This document shows positions 37,970 to 51,050 of a stretch of 64,000 nucleotides of DNA, in pieces. The stretch comes from Mobula hypostoma (lineage: Eukaryota). Position 1 is the first letter of the stretch. Each line of letters begins with the position of its first letter. The notes below the pieces were generated by a model, which worked only from the letters and a program-made list of their open reading frames with translations, was not told the DNA's origin and did no database searches. The stretch is taken from assembly GCF_963921235.1 (NCBI RefSeq), contig NC_086108.1, positions 6,386,001-6,450,000 on the forward strand, written 5' to 3'. The position numbers were made by a program, and so were the translations under genes.

Positions 37970-38958
37970 ACCACGTGATGTCTGCCGTAGACCTATTGTG
38001 GCAGTAGGCAAATTGTAGTGGGTCCAGGTCCTTTGTGTTGCCTGGAGCCTCTCCCGGAATTGTTTCTTGGCTTTTGAAATAGCCCCTGCAAGTTGTAGCT
38101 GGTTTTCTTACATAGACCTGGATCGCCAGATGATAATGCGCAGATCTGGCCCTCAGTAGATTACAAACCTCCTGGTTCATTCACAGCTTTTGGTTTGGGA
38201 ATGTACATCAAGTTTTCATAAGCACACACTCATCCACACAGGTTTTAATGAAGGTGGTGACAACTGCAGCATACTCATCCAGAATCAAAGATGATTCCCT
38301 GAACACAGTTCAGTCCACTGATTCAGAGCGGTCCTATAAGTGCTCCCGTGCCTCCTTGGTTCTAACTACTGGGGCTACAGTCTTCAGTCTCTGCCTATAC
38401 TCAGAGTAAAAGTGCAGCCAGTTGATAAGATTTTCCGAAGTGTGGGATGGCACGGTAGGCATTCTTGAACCTAGTGTAACTGTGGTCCAGTGTGTTATTC
38501 CCTCTGGTACTACAGGTGATTTGTTGATGATTATTTAGTGACTTACCAAGCTGGCCTGGTTAAAATCCCCCAAATTGATGGAGAAGGCGTCAGGATGTGC
38601 TGTTTCATGCCTGTTGATTACGTTGCTCAGTTTGTCTGGAGCCTGTTTGACATTGGCTGGAGATGGGATGTACCTACATGATCAATGAAATCTCCTGTTG
38701 GCAAGTAAGATGGCCAAAACTTAATTGTGAGGTATTCCAGGTCTGGTGGGCAATATTGGGAAGTCACCGACATATTAGTACACCAAAAGTTGATCATGAG
38801 GCACAAACCTCCATTTCGACCGACTTATCTTGATAGTATATTGTTAATCTGTCTATTCAAATCGCATCTGACATGGAAGGGGTTAACGAAGATTCTGTAA
38901 AACAAAAGACGCACATGTTCCTGACATCCCTCTGATGTAGCACCCTAGCTCTGAGATG
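37970..38958 (-). mobile_element. Degraded Rex1/Babar-like LINE AP-endonuclease region; continues at 42322-42375 beyond the L1 insertion
   Basis: The rejoined minus strand reads PTILLANV*SL..NKNDHLRARVLHQRDVRNMCVFCFTES, typical of the Rex1/Babar APE N-terminus. Confidence 0.7.
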
Positions 38959-38972
38959 GTCATTTTTATTAT

Positions 38973-41900
38973 TTTTTTTTAAATTTTATTTTTATTTGGA
39001 TAAGGAATTCACAAGTATCATGTACTTTTTTCATATGTATAAAACTATAATTATTTATGCATTCTTAAGTACACATTGAGATGATATAAAAAGAAATTAG
39101 ACACTTAAATAGATAATTATGTACAGTAGAAATTCTAATCTATTAGGCTAAGTAATGGTATTAATTGTTAAGAAAAGTAGTAATAATAGTGGATTAGTAA
39201 TAGTTTCCATATATCTCTTCTGGATCACTTCTTCTGGTCCAAAATATTGTGTTTAAGCCTATGTAACAACCATTGTAGGTGTTTATATCCTAACTTGTTC
39301 ATGCTTGCTCCTGCCCCCAGACATAATTATCCGATCTCTATGTACTTATTTACTTAATTTTATCATTTTTTATCCCTTGCCCAAATCTTTTCCTTTACTT
39401 GTATTAATTCTCTATTTTCCAAACAAAAAAAAGACAAAAACAGTAAACATTTAGACTAGGGGTGCTTACATTAGAAACATTACTGTGTTGATAAGAAGAG
39501 CAGTATAAATCATTCGGAGATTCATCTAAAGTCTGCTCGCATTGGGGTTATATATTCAATCCATTTATTCCAGATTTGATAAAATTTTTCTTTTTGAATT
39601 CTCAGGGAGTAAGTCAACTTTTCCATTTAAAATATTTCCAAGATAATTTCGTGCCAATCTTCTAATGTAGGTGGTATTGGATTTAGCCACTTTCTAGTGA
39701 TTGATTTCTTACTTGCCGCTAAAAGGGCCTGCAGCAACTTTATGTCTTCCTTCTGTTCAAGAAACAATACATGCCCCAAATAGAGCGTCTCAAAGTTCAG
39801 AGGTATCTGGGTCCTAAGGACCTTCACTAATGTTCTATGAATACCTTCCCAATATAGACTTAATTTAGGACAATCCCAGAAAATATGGAAATGATTTGCC
39901 TCCTTGGAGCCGCACCTTCTCCAACACGTCACGTTTGTATCTTTATATTTTTCCTGATATGGGGTCTTGAAGTATCTTATAATATTTTTCCAACAATGTT
40001 CTCTCCAAGTCAAAGAATTAGTCGAAGACCACTGAAAGCTGCATATTTTCCCCCAAGCCTCCTCTGAAAGTACCAACCCCGCTTCTTTCTCCCACTTCTC
40101 TTTAACATACAATGTGTTTACATTTTTAGCATGGGAGAGTGCATTATATAATCGAGAAACTGATTTACTAGGTATTGAATCGCAAGCCGAATTAAGAATC
40201 TTGAAAAATTCTAATTCTACTGTTGATAGGTCTATATATCTACAACTCTGGTTAAACATAATTTCGTACTTGAAGGTACCTAAAAAAGTCATTGTGTTCT
40301 AGGCCATGTTTGTCCTGCAGGATTTGGAAACTTTGTAATACTCTTTTATGTATAAATGAGAGGTAGGTTGTAAGACATTTCTTTATCCATAATTCAAATC
40401 TTTTATCTCTTCTGTTGGGAAGGAATTCGGTATCATATGCACACCATCTGAAGAGTTTTAGCATGTTATTAATTCCACATGAATTAACCACCTTCTGCCA
40501 TATTTTTAATGTAAGATTTATCCAACTGTTTTTAAATTTTTCCAATTGGGCCATCAATCCTTTGTCAGCTATTGAGGCCTGTAGAGGAAAACTGTCAACC
40601 AACCCGAATACTATTTCCTTCCATCTAGCCTTATATTCCCTATTACACCAATATAACAGAGAGGTTATCTGTGAGGCATAAAAATAATTTCTCAGGCAAG
40701 GAAGAACCATACCTCCTCCTTCCTTCCCTAACTGTAAGGTGTTATATCGAATTCTAGGTTTCTTTCCTTGCCAAATGAAGCGGGAAATCCATTTGTCCCA
40801 TTCCCTGAATTGATTATCATCCACCTCCACAGGTAAAGTACGGAAAAGATACAGTAAGCGAGGAAGAATATTCATTTTTATAGTATTTATCCTTGAATTT
40901 AAACTTAAAAAGGGGATAAGATTCCATCTATGCATATCTGCTTTTATCTCTGAGATTAATGGCCCATAATTTACCTGTGACAGTGTTGAAAGATCCTTCG
41001 GCAGGGTTATTCCTAAATATTTTAATGATTTAGCTTCCCACTTAAGATCATATGTATCCTGCAATTTTTTGGATGGTGTATAATTTAGGGTCATAACCTG
41101 CGTTTTCTTTACATTTATTTTATAACCTGATATTTTTCCAAAGTCATCCAACAGTGTAAACAATCCTATAAATGATTTTTCTGGTTCACTCAGATAGACT
41201 AAAACATCATCTGTGAATAACGCCACTTTCTGTTCAATCCCTGCCACCTTGATACCTTTTACGATTTCGCTCTGTCTTATTAGTTGGGCAAGCGGTTCAA
41301 TATATAGCGCGAAAAGGAGAGGAGAAATTGGGCATCCCTGTCTAGTGCCTCTCTCTAGAATAAAGGAGTCAGAGAGATCCCCATTTATCTTAATTCGAGC
41401 TGTAGGGCTGTCATATAGAGTCTGAATTACTTTAATAAACTTTTCTTGAAAGCCGAATCTTCCTAACACTCTGTATAGGAATGCCCAACTAACTGAATCA
41501 AAAGCTTTCTCAGCGTCTGATCCTACTACCATTGTCTCTGTCTCGTTCTTATTAACCTGTTCTAATATGTGTAGAGTTCCCTTATGTTGTCCTGTGTTTG
41601 TCTTTGTTGAATACATCCAGTCTGGTCTAAGTGGATTAGGCCAGGTAAGAGCTTTTCCAATCTGCGCGCTAATATAGATGTAAATAGTTTGTAATCTAAA
41701 TTAAGAACACTAATTGGCCAATAATTGCCACATTCTAGTTTATCTTTACCCTCTTTAGGAATAACTGAAAGAATCGCTTCTCTCCAGGAAGGTGGAGTTT
41801 CTCTTCTCTGCAAGATCCAATTAAAGGTGTTAAGTAGTAATGGGGATAACTGTGACTTCAGGGATTTGTACCACTCTGAGGTAAACCCATCTGAACCCAA

Positions 41901-42307
41901 GGACTTTCCAGCCTTTAACCTAGAGATGGCCACATTCAGTTCTTTGGCAGTTACTGGTTCTAATAGACTTTCATTTTGTAAGTCTGTAAGTTTAGGTAAA
42001 TCTAAAGAATTCAATGAACAGTCTATATAGGGCTCATTGGAGGCCCGGGGTTGGGAGTACAGCTCTTGATAATATGTTTCAAAAATCTCTTGAATTTTCC
42101 CTATTGTACTCTCCACAAGCTTTGTCTTTGGATTCTTTATTTTATGAATTGTATTGTCTGCTTGTTGTTTTCGTAATTTATATGCTAGTAATCTAGCTGA
42201 TTTACCTCCTACTTCATAATTCTATTGTCTCAGGTAAAGAAAATTTCTTTGAGTTTCCAACGTAGAAATATCGTCAATTTCACTTTGCAATTTCCTAATT
42301 TCCTGTT
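38973..42307 (-). mobile_element. 5'-truncated L1-clade LINE (frameshifted ORF2 RT and C-terminus), antisense in EIF3K intron 2
   Basis: ORFs 41562-42116, 40252-41616 and 39627-40292 carry L1-type RT motifs ([35 protein letters not shown]) and a Cys/His motif. AATAAA and A-rich tail at about 38973-38997. TSD GTCATTTTTATTAT at 38959-38972 and 42308-42321. Confidence 0.92.
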
Positions 42308-44252
42308 GTCATTTTTATTATAAACGCACCAGAGACTATACATTTGCCAGCAAGATAGTCGGTATTGGGAGTCGAAAACCTTTTTTTTAAATGCACTATC
42401 AGACCAGCACGTTGATCCCTCTTTTGCTGGCAGCTTCTTAACTTTTTACTCCTTACTGCTCTATATAGTATTCTTTTTGATATTTAGAAACTTTTCATTA
42501 CTTTTGAAAGCATTTTTGCTTTACAGCACTTTGACATGTGCCTAAGACTTTTGCACAGACAGGCTAGCTTATATACATCAATTTGATTGTATGTCCATAA
42601 AGATACACGAGGCACAGGAATGTCTGTACATAAGGACATGATAAAGCAGTGGTTCAAAGGTTTAAAGATTCATTTGTTATCAACGTATACAACTCTGAAA
42701 ACCTTCTTCTCCAGATAGCCATGAAACCAAGAAAGAAAAGAACGGGAGCACGATCATCAACCCCCAAATCCCCCTCCCCTACACACAAAAAAACAAGAAA
42801 GATCAGGTGGAAAACACAGAATACAGGCTATACAACTGAAGAAAAGTCTATAGTCAAAGTCCATATCCAAAATGCAGAAAACTTGGGTAACATTCTGCAG
42901 GCACAGCGGCAGGCCTTTCCCAGCAGAGCGATCCCACCAGCGATCAGAAGGCAGGCAGCCAGTGCTTGCCTTCACCATTCTCCCCAATGTTTCAATTTCC
43001 CTCGGTGAATGGGGGTGTGGAGGGGTGGGTGAATGGAGGTGTTGATCAGCTTTACTACTTGGGGAAAGTAATGGTTCTTGAATTCGGTGGTCCTGGCGTG
43101 GATGCTACATAGCCTCCTCCCTGATGGAAGTGGGACAAACAGTCCATGAGCAGGGTGGGTGGAATCCTTCATGATATTACTGGCCCTTTTCCAGCACCTT
43201 CCCGAATGTATGTCCTTGACGGTAGGTAGGCTGGTGCCGGTGAATGCTTCAGTTTGTAAGTCTCCCAATTAGACTCAGTTCTTTGGGCATTTTATACTAC
43301 AGAGTACTTGTGGTGTAAAATATTCTCACTCTCCCTCTGTCAGTTCCTTTAAATTTGCCTCGTCTGGTTATTGACTCACCTGTGAGTGAAAATTCACATC
43401 TTGTGTATTTCACATTCAAGTCCAGTTTATTGTAATTCAGCCTTTGCCGGTACACTTGTATACCGTCAAAGGAAACTGCGTTCCTCCAGACCAAGGTGCA
43501 ACATACTTCTTGCAAGGTTGAAGTTTGAAAACGGCTGATTTGATTCTGTAATTTACTGCCAAAGACCCTGTATTTGCTGACCACAGGCTTGTTAATGCCT
43601 GATGGTCTCCTTTGCTCTGAAATAAACTCCATACCGATAACCCTGTGAAGTATCTTAAACCCCCGCCATTCTGGGGTCTTGATCACCGCTAACATGATTG
43701 CTGCTCTATAAGTAGTGTTGGATGGCAGGAAGAAGATAACACCCCTACCAAAGGAGGCGTAAGGTGCTCCTTCCTTCCTCTAGCCTTGGGCAAGGTGTAC
43801 CACCTACTTAGCCCCCCACCCCCCTCCAAAAAAAAGCAGGGTTACGTGAAGCCATGGGAGCAGCTGGTGGATGGTCGTATGAGCAGCCAGTGTATATCAC
43901 AAGTCCTGGTTATGTGACCACTGATGCCAGGTAGACAATCTCTGAAAAATATTGATAACGGCTGGGATTATGGTAGTGTGATGGTTAGCACAATGCTTTA
44001 CAGTACTGGTAATCAGGATTCAATTCCCACCACTGCCTGTAAGGAATTTGTGCATCCTCCCCGTGACCACAGGCATATCCTTCCACGTTCCAAAGGCGTA
44101 CTGATAGGTAGGTTAATTGATCTTTGTAAATTGTCCTGTGATAAGGCTAGGTTAAATAGGGGAATTGCAGGGCAGCATGGCTGGAAGGGCCTATTCAGCG
44201 CTGCATCTCAATAAATTTTTTAAAAAATTAATGTTCAACGTAAATTTATTAT

Positions 44253-44680
44253 TCAGTGGCCACTTTATTGGTACACCTGCTTGTTAATGCAAGTATCTAA
44301 TCAGCCAACCATGTGGCAGCAATTGTGTGGCTCAGTTGTTCCGGTCAGACATCACAGTGGGAAAGAAATGTGATGTGAGTGACTTTGATTGTGGAGTGGT
44401 TGTTGGTGCCAGGCGGAGTGGTTTGAGAATCTTAGAAACTACTGATATCCTGGGATTTTCTCTTGAGTTCACAGAGAACTGTGCATGAAACAAAATAAGC
44501 ACCCAGTTCTAAAACACCTTAGTAATTAGAGGTCAGAGGAGAATGGGCAGACTGGTTCAAGCTGAGAGGAAGGTGACAGTAACTCAAATAACCACGTGTG
44601 ACAACAGCGGTGTGCAGAAGATGTGCACAGCATGCTGATCCTTGAAGTGGTTGGGCTACAGCAGCAGATAACCACAAACA
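44253..44680 (+). mobile_element. Degraded Tc1-like transposon fragment
   Basis: Begins CAGTGGCCACTTTATT(G)GTACACC. Continues into a GKKCDVSDFDCGVVVGARRSGL-like transposase N-terminus. Confidence 0.65.
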
Positions 44681-44859
44681 TGCACTATCTTGAGATTCAT
44701 TTTCTTGCAGGCTCTTAGAGTAGAACAAATGGGTAATAGGAGGTGGATATTATGTAATGTTTACATCATTATGAAAGGTGAACAGGAGACGGAGGCATCT
44801 TCAAACATAAAGGAAAAGATGGCCACTGCAGTGATCCGTTTGTTTTATGTTCTTTGCAG

Positions 44860-44980
44860 GTACCAGTTCAATCCCGCATTTTTCCAGACTACCGTGACTG
44901 CACAAATCTTGCTAAAGGCCCTGACTAACCTGCCGCACACAGACTTCACGCTCTGTAAGTGTATGATCGACCAGGCCCAT
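44860..44980 (+). CDS. EIF3K: eIF3k coding exon 3 ([40 protein letters not shown])
   Basis: tttgcag acceptor, 121 nt, phase consistent. Followed by the U12-type donor GTATCTTT. Confidence 0.97.
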
Positions 44981-46608
44981 GTATCTTTACCCAAAAGGCT
45001 GCTGATTGTGGGGTCACCCAATACTGTGCTTCACAGGGTTCTCATGTTGGGTTGGGGAGGGGGTGAGGGGAACTGGAATGCAATAATCCAATTTTCAGGT
45101 ATTATTTCTATACCATTGGGTCATAAAATCATAGAAAAATACAACACAGAAGCAGACCTGTCATCCGTGCCGAGCCATTTAAACTGCCTGCTCCTATTGG
45201 CCTACACTGGGACCATAGCCCTGCTTACCCCTCCAAACGTCTCCTAAACGTTGAAATTGAGCTCTCATCCACCACTTGTGCCAGCAGCTTGATGCACATT
45301 CTCATGACCTACTGAATAAAGAAGTTTCCCTTCATGTTACCCTTAAATCTTTCACCTTTCACCCTTAAGCCATGATCTCTGGTTGTAGTCCCACCTAACC
45401 TCAGTGGAAAAAGCCTGCTTACATTTATCCTCTATACCCCTCTTAATTTTGTATACCTCTTTCAAATCTCCCCTCAATCTTCTACGTTCCAAAGAAAAAA
45501 AGCACCAAGATTAAGCCATCACGAAAGCATAGAGCTGCTTCCCTCCCCTTGATTGCAATTGGCAATCTCCTCTGATCTGGGCAGACATTTAGGTGCCGGG
45601 CGGCACCTAATTAATTGGCTTGTTTATTTCGGCTTTTTTCTTAAAGATGCGCTGGGTGCGTCCCGGCTACCGCTGCATTCTTCCAGGCCCGCTATCGGTC
45701 TGTGGCCTGGTGGTTGGGGACCACTGGTTTAGAAGATGCATGTCAGAATGAGAATCAGAATCGGGTTTAATATCACCAGCATTTGTCATGAAATCTGTTG
45801 GCTTTTCAGCAGCAGTACAATGCAATACATCATAAATATAGGAAAAAACTGAATTGTCGCATATGTGTATATATATTGTGTGTGTGTTTATGCACGTGTT
45901 TGTGTGTGTATGTATGTAGATATATTAGTTGAAGTAGTGCAGAAACAGAAATAAAAGTAGTGAGGTAGTGTTCATGGGTTCAATATCTTTTCAGAAATTG
46001 GATAGCAGAGGGGAAGAAGCTGTTCCTGAATCGTTGAGTGTGTGCTTTCAGGCTCCTGTACCTCCTTCCCGACAGTAGCAATGAGAAGAGGGCATGTTCT
46101 GGGTGGTGGACTCCCTTAATGTACTGCTCCTTGAAGATGTCTTGGATTCTATGGCAGCTAGTACCCATGATGGAGCTGACTAATTTTACAACTTACTACA
46201 ATCCTGTATGGTTGCCTCCCCCCCCCCCCCCCGCCAATACCAGGTGATGCAGCCAGTCAGAATGCTCTCCATGGTACATCTGTAAAAGTTTGTGTTTTAC
46301 ATGACAAACCAAATATCCTTAAACTCATAATGAAATATAGCCACTGTCTTGCCGCCTTTACAGCTGCATGGGTATGTTGGAATCAGGTGTGAAAAGGGAA
46401 AGCAACATGTTTGGCTTTTGGTTTCAATTGTGTTCTTGGTTTGCAGAGAAAATCAATCTGGTCCCACTTCCAAAGACCTGCGGGTTAGGGTTAGTAAGTT
46501 ATGGGCATGCTCTGTTGGCGCTGGAAGCGTGGCAGTTCCTGCAGGCTGCTCAGCACAATCCTCACTGATTTGATGCAAGTGACACATTTCACTGTATGTT
46601 TTGACGTA

Positions 46609-46670
46609 CAGTACTGAGTAAAGTTTTGGGTGCATATACCCGGTATGTCTAAGACTTTTGCACAGTACTG
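46609..46670. mobile_element. ~60-bp Tc1/mariner-type hairpin MITE with TA TSD
   Basis: TA|CAGTACTG...AAGACTTTTGCACAGTACTG|TA. Related copy at about 47580-47655 and a half copy near 42538. Confidence 0.65.
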
Positions 46671-47911
46671 TATTTGTCAGAAGCAGAAAGTGTGAGCAAT
46701 TTCAAGTTCCAAGAGTCAGTATCTCTGAGAAGCTAGCCTGACCCAACATATCGATGCAGCTACAAAGAAAGCAGTAGCTATATTTCTTGGGAGTTCAAAA
46801 AGATTTGGTATGTCACTAAAGGCACTTGCACATTTCTGCAGATGTACTGTGGAGAGCATTCTCACTGACTGCATCACCATCTAGTATTTTGTGGGGGGGG
46901 GTGCATTACACAGGATTGGAAAAAAGCTGCAGAGAGTTGTAAACTTAGTCCCCTCCGGCATGGGCACTAGTCTCCATAGTATCCAGGATACCTTCAAGGA
47001 GTGATGCATCAAAAACGCAACATCCATCATCATTAAGGACCCCCATCACCCAGAACATGCCCTCTTCTCATTGCTACCATCAGGGAGGAGCTACAGGAGC
47101 CTGAAGGTATACATTCAATGTTTCAGGAACAGCTTCTAACCCTCTGTAATTCAGTTTTTCTTTCTCTATTGTTATGTATTGCAATTTACTGCTGATGCAG
47201 TACAAATTTCACGATGTATGCTGGTGATATTACACCTGATTCTGATTCTGACGGAGTGGAGAGAGAGTTTATAAAGGATGTGGGAATGGTGAGGGTGGAG
47301 CGTCGTGGGAGGGTGTGGAAAAGGTGCAGGCGCACCCAGCCCTGAGACACCAGGAAAGGTCATTTAATTCCAAACTATTGGTTTTTTAATCATTACAGAA
47401 TGTCTGTCTGGTGTTTCCCACTCCCTCCCCTCTCCCTTCCTCTTTTCACAACCATAATTCTCCTCTTCCCACTCTCGGTTCACAATAGAGACCCATATCA
47501 GAATCAGGTTTATCATCACTCACATGTCATAAAATTTGTTGGTATTTTTTGCAGCAGAATACAGTACAATACATAAATGAAAAAGTCTTGGGCACCCTAG
47601 CTATATATATAGCTTAGATATATATATTTACCTAAGACTTTTGCACAGTACTGTACATGTGACAAATAAAACTAATCTCTTTACTTGGGGTATAGTGGAC
47701 AGCTGTTAGATTAGAATACCAGTAATGAGGAGTGTCAAACAGGTGGGGATATGAATTCAAAACCTACCATGACAGCAAGGGGAAATTAGATGAGTTTAAC
47801 AAAATGTGTATTTAAAACATAATTAGTGGCTGAGGCCAACATGTTGAGAGCCGATCAATGTCACTAATGACCATGAGGATCTGCTCTCTCTGCCTGGTCT
47901 GGCTTGTCACT

Positions 47912-48802
47912 GACACCAAAATTGTAGTGGACATTAAGGAAGGCCATCATGGCTTGCAGTGGGATCTGGACCAGATGGGAAAATGGGTTGAGAAATGGCA
48001 GATGGAATCTAATGCAGACAATTGTGACGTGTTGCATTTCTGTAGGACCAACCAGAGTAGGTCTTGCGTAGTGAGTGGTAGGGCACTGAGGAATGCAGTA
48101 GAACAAAGGGATCTGGAAATACAGGCCCATAATTCATTGAAAGTGGCGGCACAGGTAGATAGGGTCATAAAGAAGGCTATTGGTGCATTTGTCTTCATAA
48201 ATCAAAGTGCTGAGTATAGGACTTGGGATGTTATGTTGGCGTTGTATAAGACAATGGTGAAGCCTAATTTGGAGCATTGTGTGCAGTTTTGGCCACCTAC
48301 TTGCAGGCAAGGTGTAAATAAGGTTGAAGAAGTACAGAGAAATTTTACCAGGATGATGCTGATTCTAGAGAACCTGAGTTATAGGTAAAGGCTGGATAAG
48401 ATAGGAATGTATTCTTTAGAACGTAGAAAATTGAGAGGAGATTTGATAGAGGTATACAAATTAAGAGTGGTATAGATAGGGTAAATGCAAGCAGGCTTTT
48501 TTCCACTGAGGTTAGGTGGGACTACAACCAGAGGTCATGGGTTAAGGGTGAGAAGTTTTAAGTGAACCATGAGAGGAAACTTCACTCAGGATGGTGAGAA
48601 TGTGGAATGAGGTCCCATCAAAAGTGGTGCTTGTGAGCTCGATTTCAACATTTAAGAGAAGTTTGGATAGGCATATGGATGGTAGGGGTATGATGGAGGG
48701 CTATGGTCCCGGTGCAGATCAACCGGAGTAGTCAGTTTAAATAGTTCAGTACAGATTAGTAGGGCCAAATGGCCTGTTGCTGTGCAATACTTTTCTATGA
48801 CT
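47912..48802 (+). mobile_element. Degraded CR1 LINE 3' part inside the U12 intron
   Basis: ORF 47858-48388 (LQWDLDQMGKWVEKWQM..LYKTMVKPNLEHCVQFW). Confidence 0.82.
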
Positions 48803-49081
48803 GATTAACATCCAGTTGGGTTTGTGTCAAATTCAGAAACTATCCTGAGCAGAGGAGAGTGCTAGGAGAAATACTGGGGTATTCTGGGATGCGAAGCTGT
48901 TTTCTGAAAATTAAAAGTCGTTAAGTGCAGCGACGTCCTGTTAAAACTGAGTAGTTAGTCTGCCATAGTTAAACTTGCCGGATAGTTACTTACAACAAGC
49001 ACGGGCTGTGTAAACGACGTTTCCTTCACCCCTTGCTGCTGAGAGTTTTAAGATGAGCCTTCCTTAACCAAGCGTACACAG

Positions 49082-49156
49082 CAGGAGGAGCGGCCGATCC
49101 AACAAATCCTAAATCTGGGTGACCTCTTAGAGACCTGTCATTTCCAGGAATTCTGG
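49082..49156 (+). CDS. EIF3K: eIF3k coding exon 4 (QEERPIQQILNLGDLLETCHFQEFW)
   Basis: 75 nt, continues the frame, TGG|gtgagt donor. Preceded by TTCCTTAAC branch site and cacag. Later exons were not found in the window. Confidence 0.96.
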
Positions 49157-50179
49157 GTGAGTAAAATGCCTTTCTTCTTTGTTCATGTTAGAGATTCTCC
49201 GGTAAATGTACCTTGTGTGAAACCTGAGCCGTCCTTGTGGGTAGTGGCATTGCAATGTTTTGTTGTGTTCGTTTTAATGGATGTGCACATTATACAGTCG
49301 GCTTTCTGTCCACAGGCCCTCAGCAATCTTTCAGAATCGGGTTTAATATCACCAGCATATGTCGTGAAATTTGTTAACTTTACGGCAGCGGTACAATGCA
49401 GTACATGATAAATATAGAGAAAAAGATCTGACTTACAGTAAGTGTGTATAAAATAGTTCAAATAAGCAGTGGAAAAAAAAAGTAGTGAGGTAGTGTTCAT
49501 GGATCCAATGGCCATCTAGGAATCGGATGGCAGAGGGGAAGAAGCTGTTCCTGAATCGTTGAGTGTGTGCCTTCCTACTTCTGTACCTCCTTCCCAATAG
49601 TAGCAATGAGAGGAAGGCATGACCTGGGTGGGGGGGGTCTTTAATGATGGATGCGCCTTTTTGAGGCATCGCTCCTTGAAGATGTCCTGGATTCTGCAGA
49701 TGCTAGTGCCCGTGATGGAGCTGACTGAGTTTACAACTTACTTCAACCTTGTGCACTTGCTTGCCCCCAATCCCCATACCAGATGGGGATATAACCAGTC
49801 AGAACACTCTCTACAGTGCATTTGTAGAGGTTTTTGAGTAATCTTTCCATTACATCTTTGAGCTGTGGGTCCCTACGTATAGAAGGGGGTTCATAGAATG
49901 TAGTCACCTGTCAGTCAGCATCTGTGGAGATTGAAGTAGTGTTAATGCTTTAAATTAATGATTCTTCTTCAGAATGGGAACAGTGGAGAGAACAAAGATT
50001 TTGAGTTGCAGGGAGGATGGAGGCTATTGTGAATACAGGACATTAGAGTATGACATACAAAACGTTGGAGGAACTCAGCAGGTCGGGCAGCGTCAGTGGA
50101 AGGGAATGAACAGTCGATGTTTCAGACTGAAAAGGAAGGAGGAAGAAGCTGAAATGAGAAAGTGAGGGGGAGGGAAGTT

Positions 50180-51050
50180 ATAGTCATACTTTATTGATCC
50201 CAGGGGAAATTGGTTTTTGTTACAGTTGCACCATAAATAGTAAATAGTAATAAAACCATAAATAGTTAAATAGTAATATGTAAATTATGAAAGAAGTCCA
50301 GGACTAGCCTATCGGCTCAGGGTGTCTGACCCTCCAAGGGAGGAGTTGTAAAGTTTGATGGCCACAGGCAGGAATGACTTCCTATGACACTCTGTGCTGC
50401 ATCTCGGAGGAATGAGTCTCTGGCTGAATGTACTCCTGTGCCCACCCAGTACATTATGTAGTGGATGGGAGACATTGACCAAGATGGCATGCAACTTAGA
50501 CAGCATCCTCTTTTCAGACACCACCGTGATAGAGTCCAGTTCCATCCCCACAACATCACTGGCCTTACAAATGAGTTTGTTGATTCTGTTGGTGTCTGCT
50601 ACCCTCAGCCTGCTGCCCCAGCACACAATAGCAAACATGATGGCACTGGCCACCACAGACTCGTAGAACATCCTCAGCATCGTCTGGCAGATGTTAGAGG
50701 ACCTCAGTCTCCTCAGGAAATAGAGATGGCTCTGACCCTTCTTGTAGACAGCCTCAGTGTTCTTTGACCAGTCCAATTTGTTGTCAATTCGTATCCCCAG
50801 GTATTTGTAATCCTTCACCATGTCCACACTGACCCCCTGGTTGGAAACGGGTTACCGGTACCTTGGCTGTCCTCAGGTCTACCACCAGCTCCTTATTCTT
50901 TTTCACATTAAGCTGCAGATAATTCTGCTCATACCAAGTGACAAAGTTTCCTACCGTAGCCCTGTACTCAACCTCATCTTCCTTGCTGATGCATCCGACT
51001 ATGGCAGAGTCATCCGAAAACTTCAGAAGATGACAAGACTCTGTGCAGTA
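50180..51050 (-). mobile_element. Rex1/Babar-like LINE 3' fragment in EIF3K intron 4
   Basis: ORF 50309-50827 is nearly identical to ORF 3170-3706. Confidence 0.85.

Larger units (their letters stand above)
44981..49081 (+). other. EIF3K: U12-type (minor spliceosome) GT-AG intron, EIF3K intron 3
   Basis: 5' site GTATCTTT (consensus RTATCCTT). Branch site TTCCTTAAC at 49060-49068, 13 nt before the intron end. No polypyrimidine tract. Confidence 0.9.

Noticed and set aside
44690..45247. 185-aa single-exon ORF
   Set aside because: Only 44860-44980 is eIF3k; the rest is intron that happens to be open.
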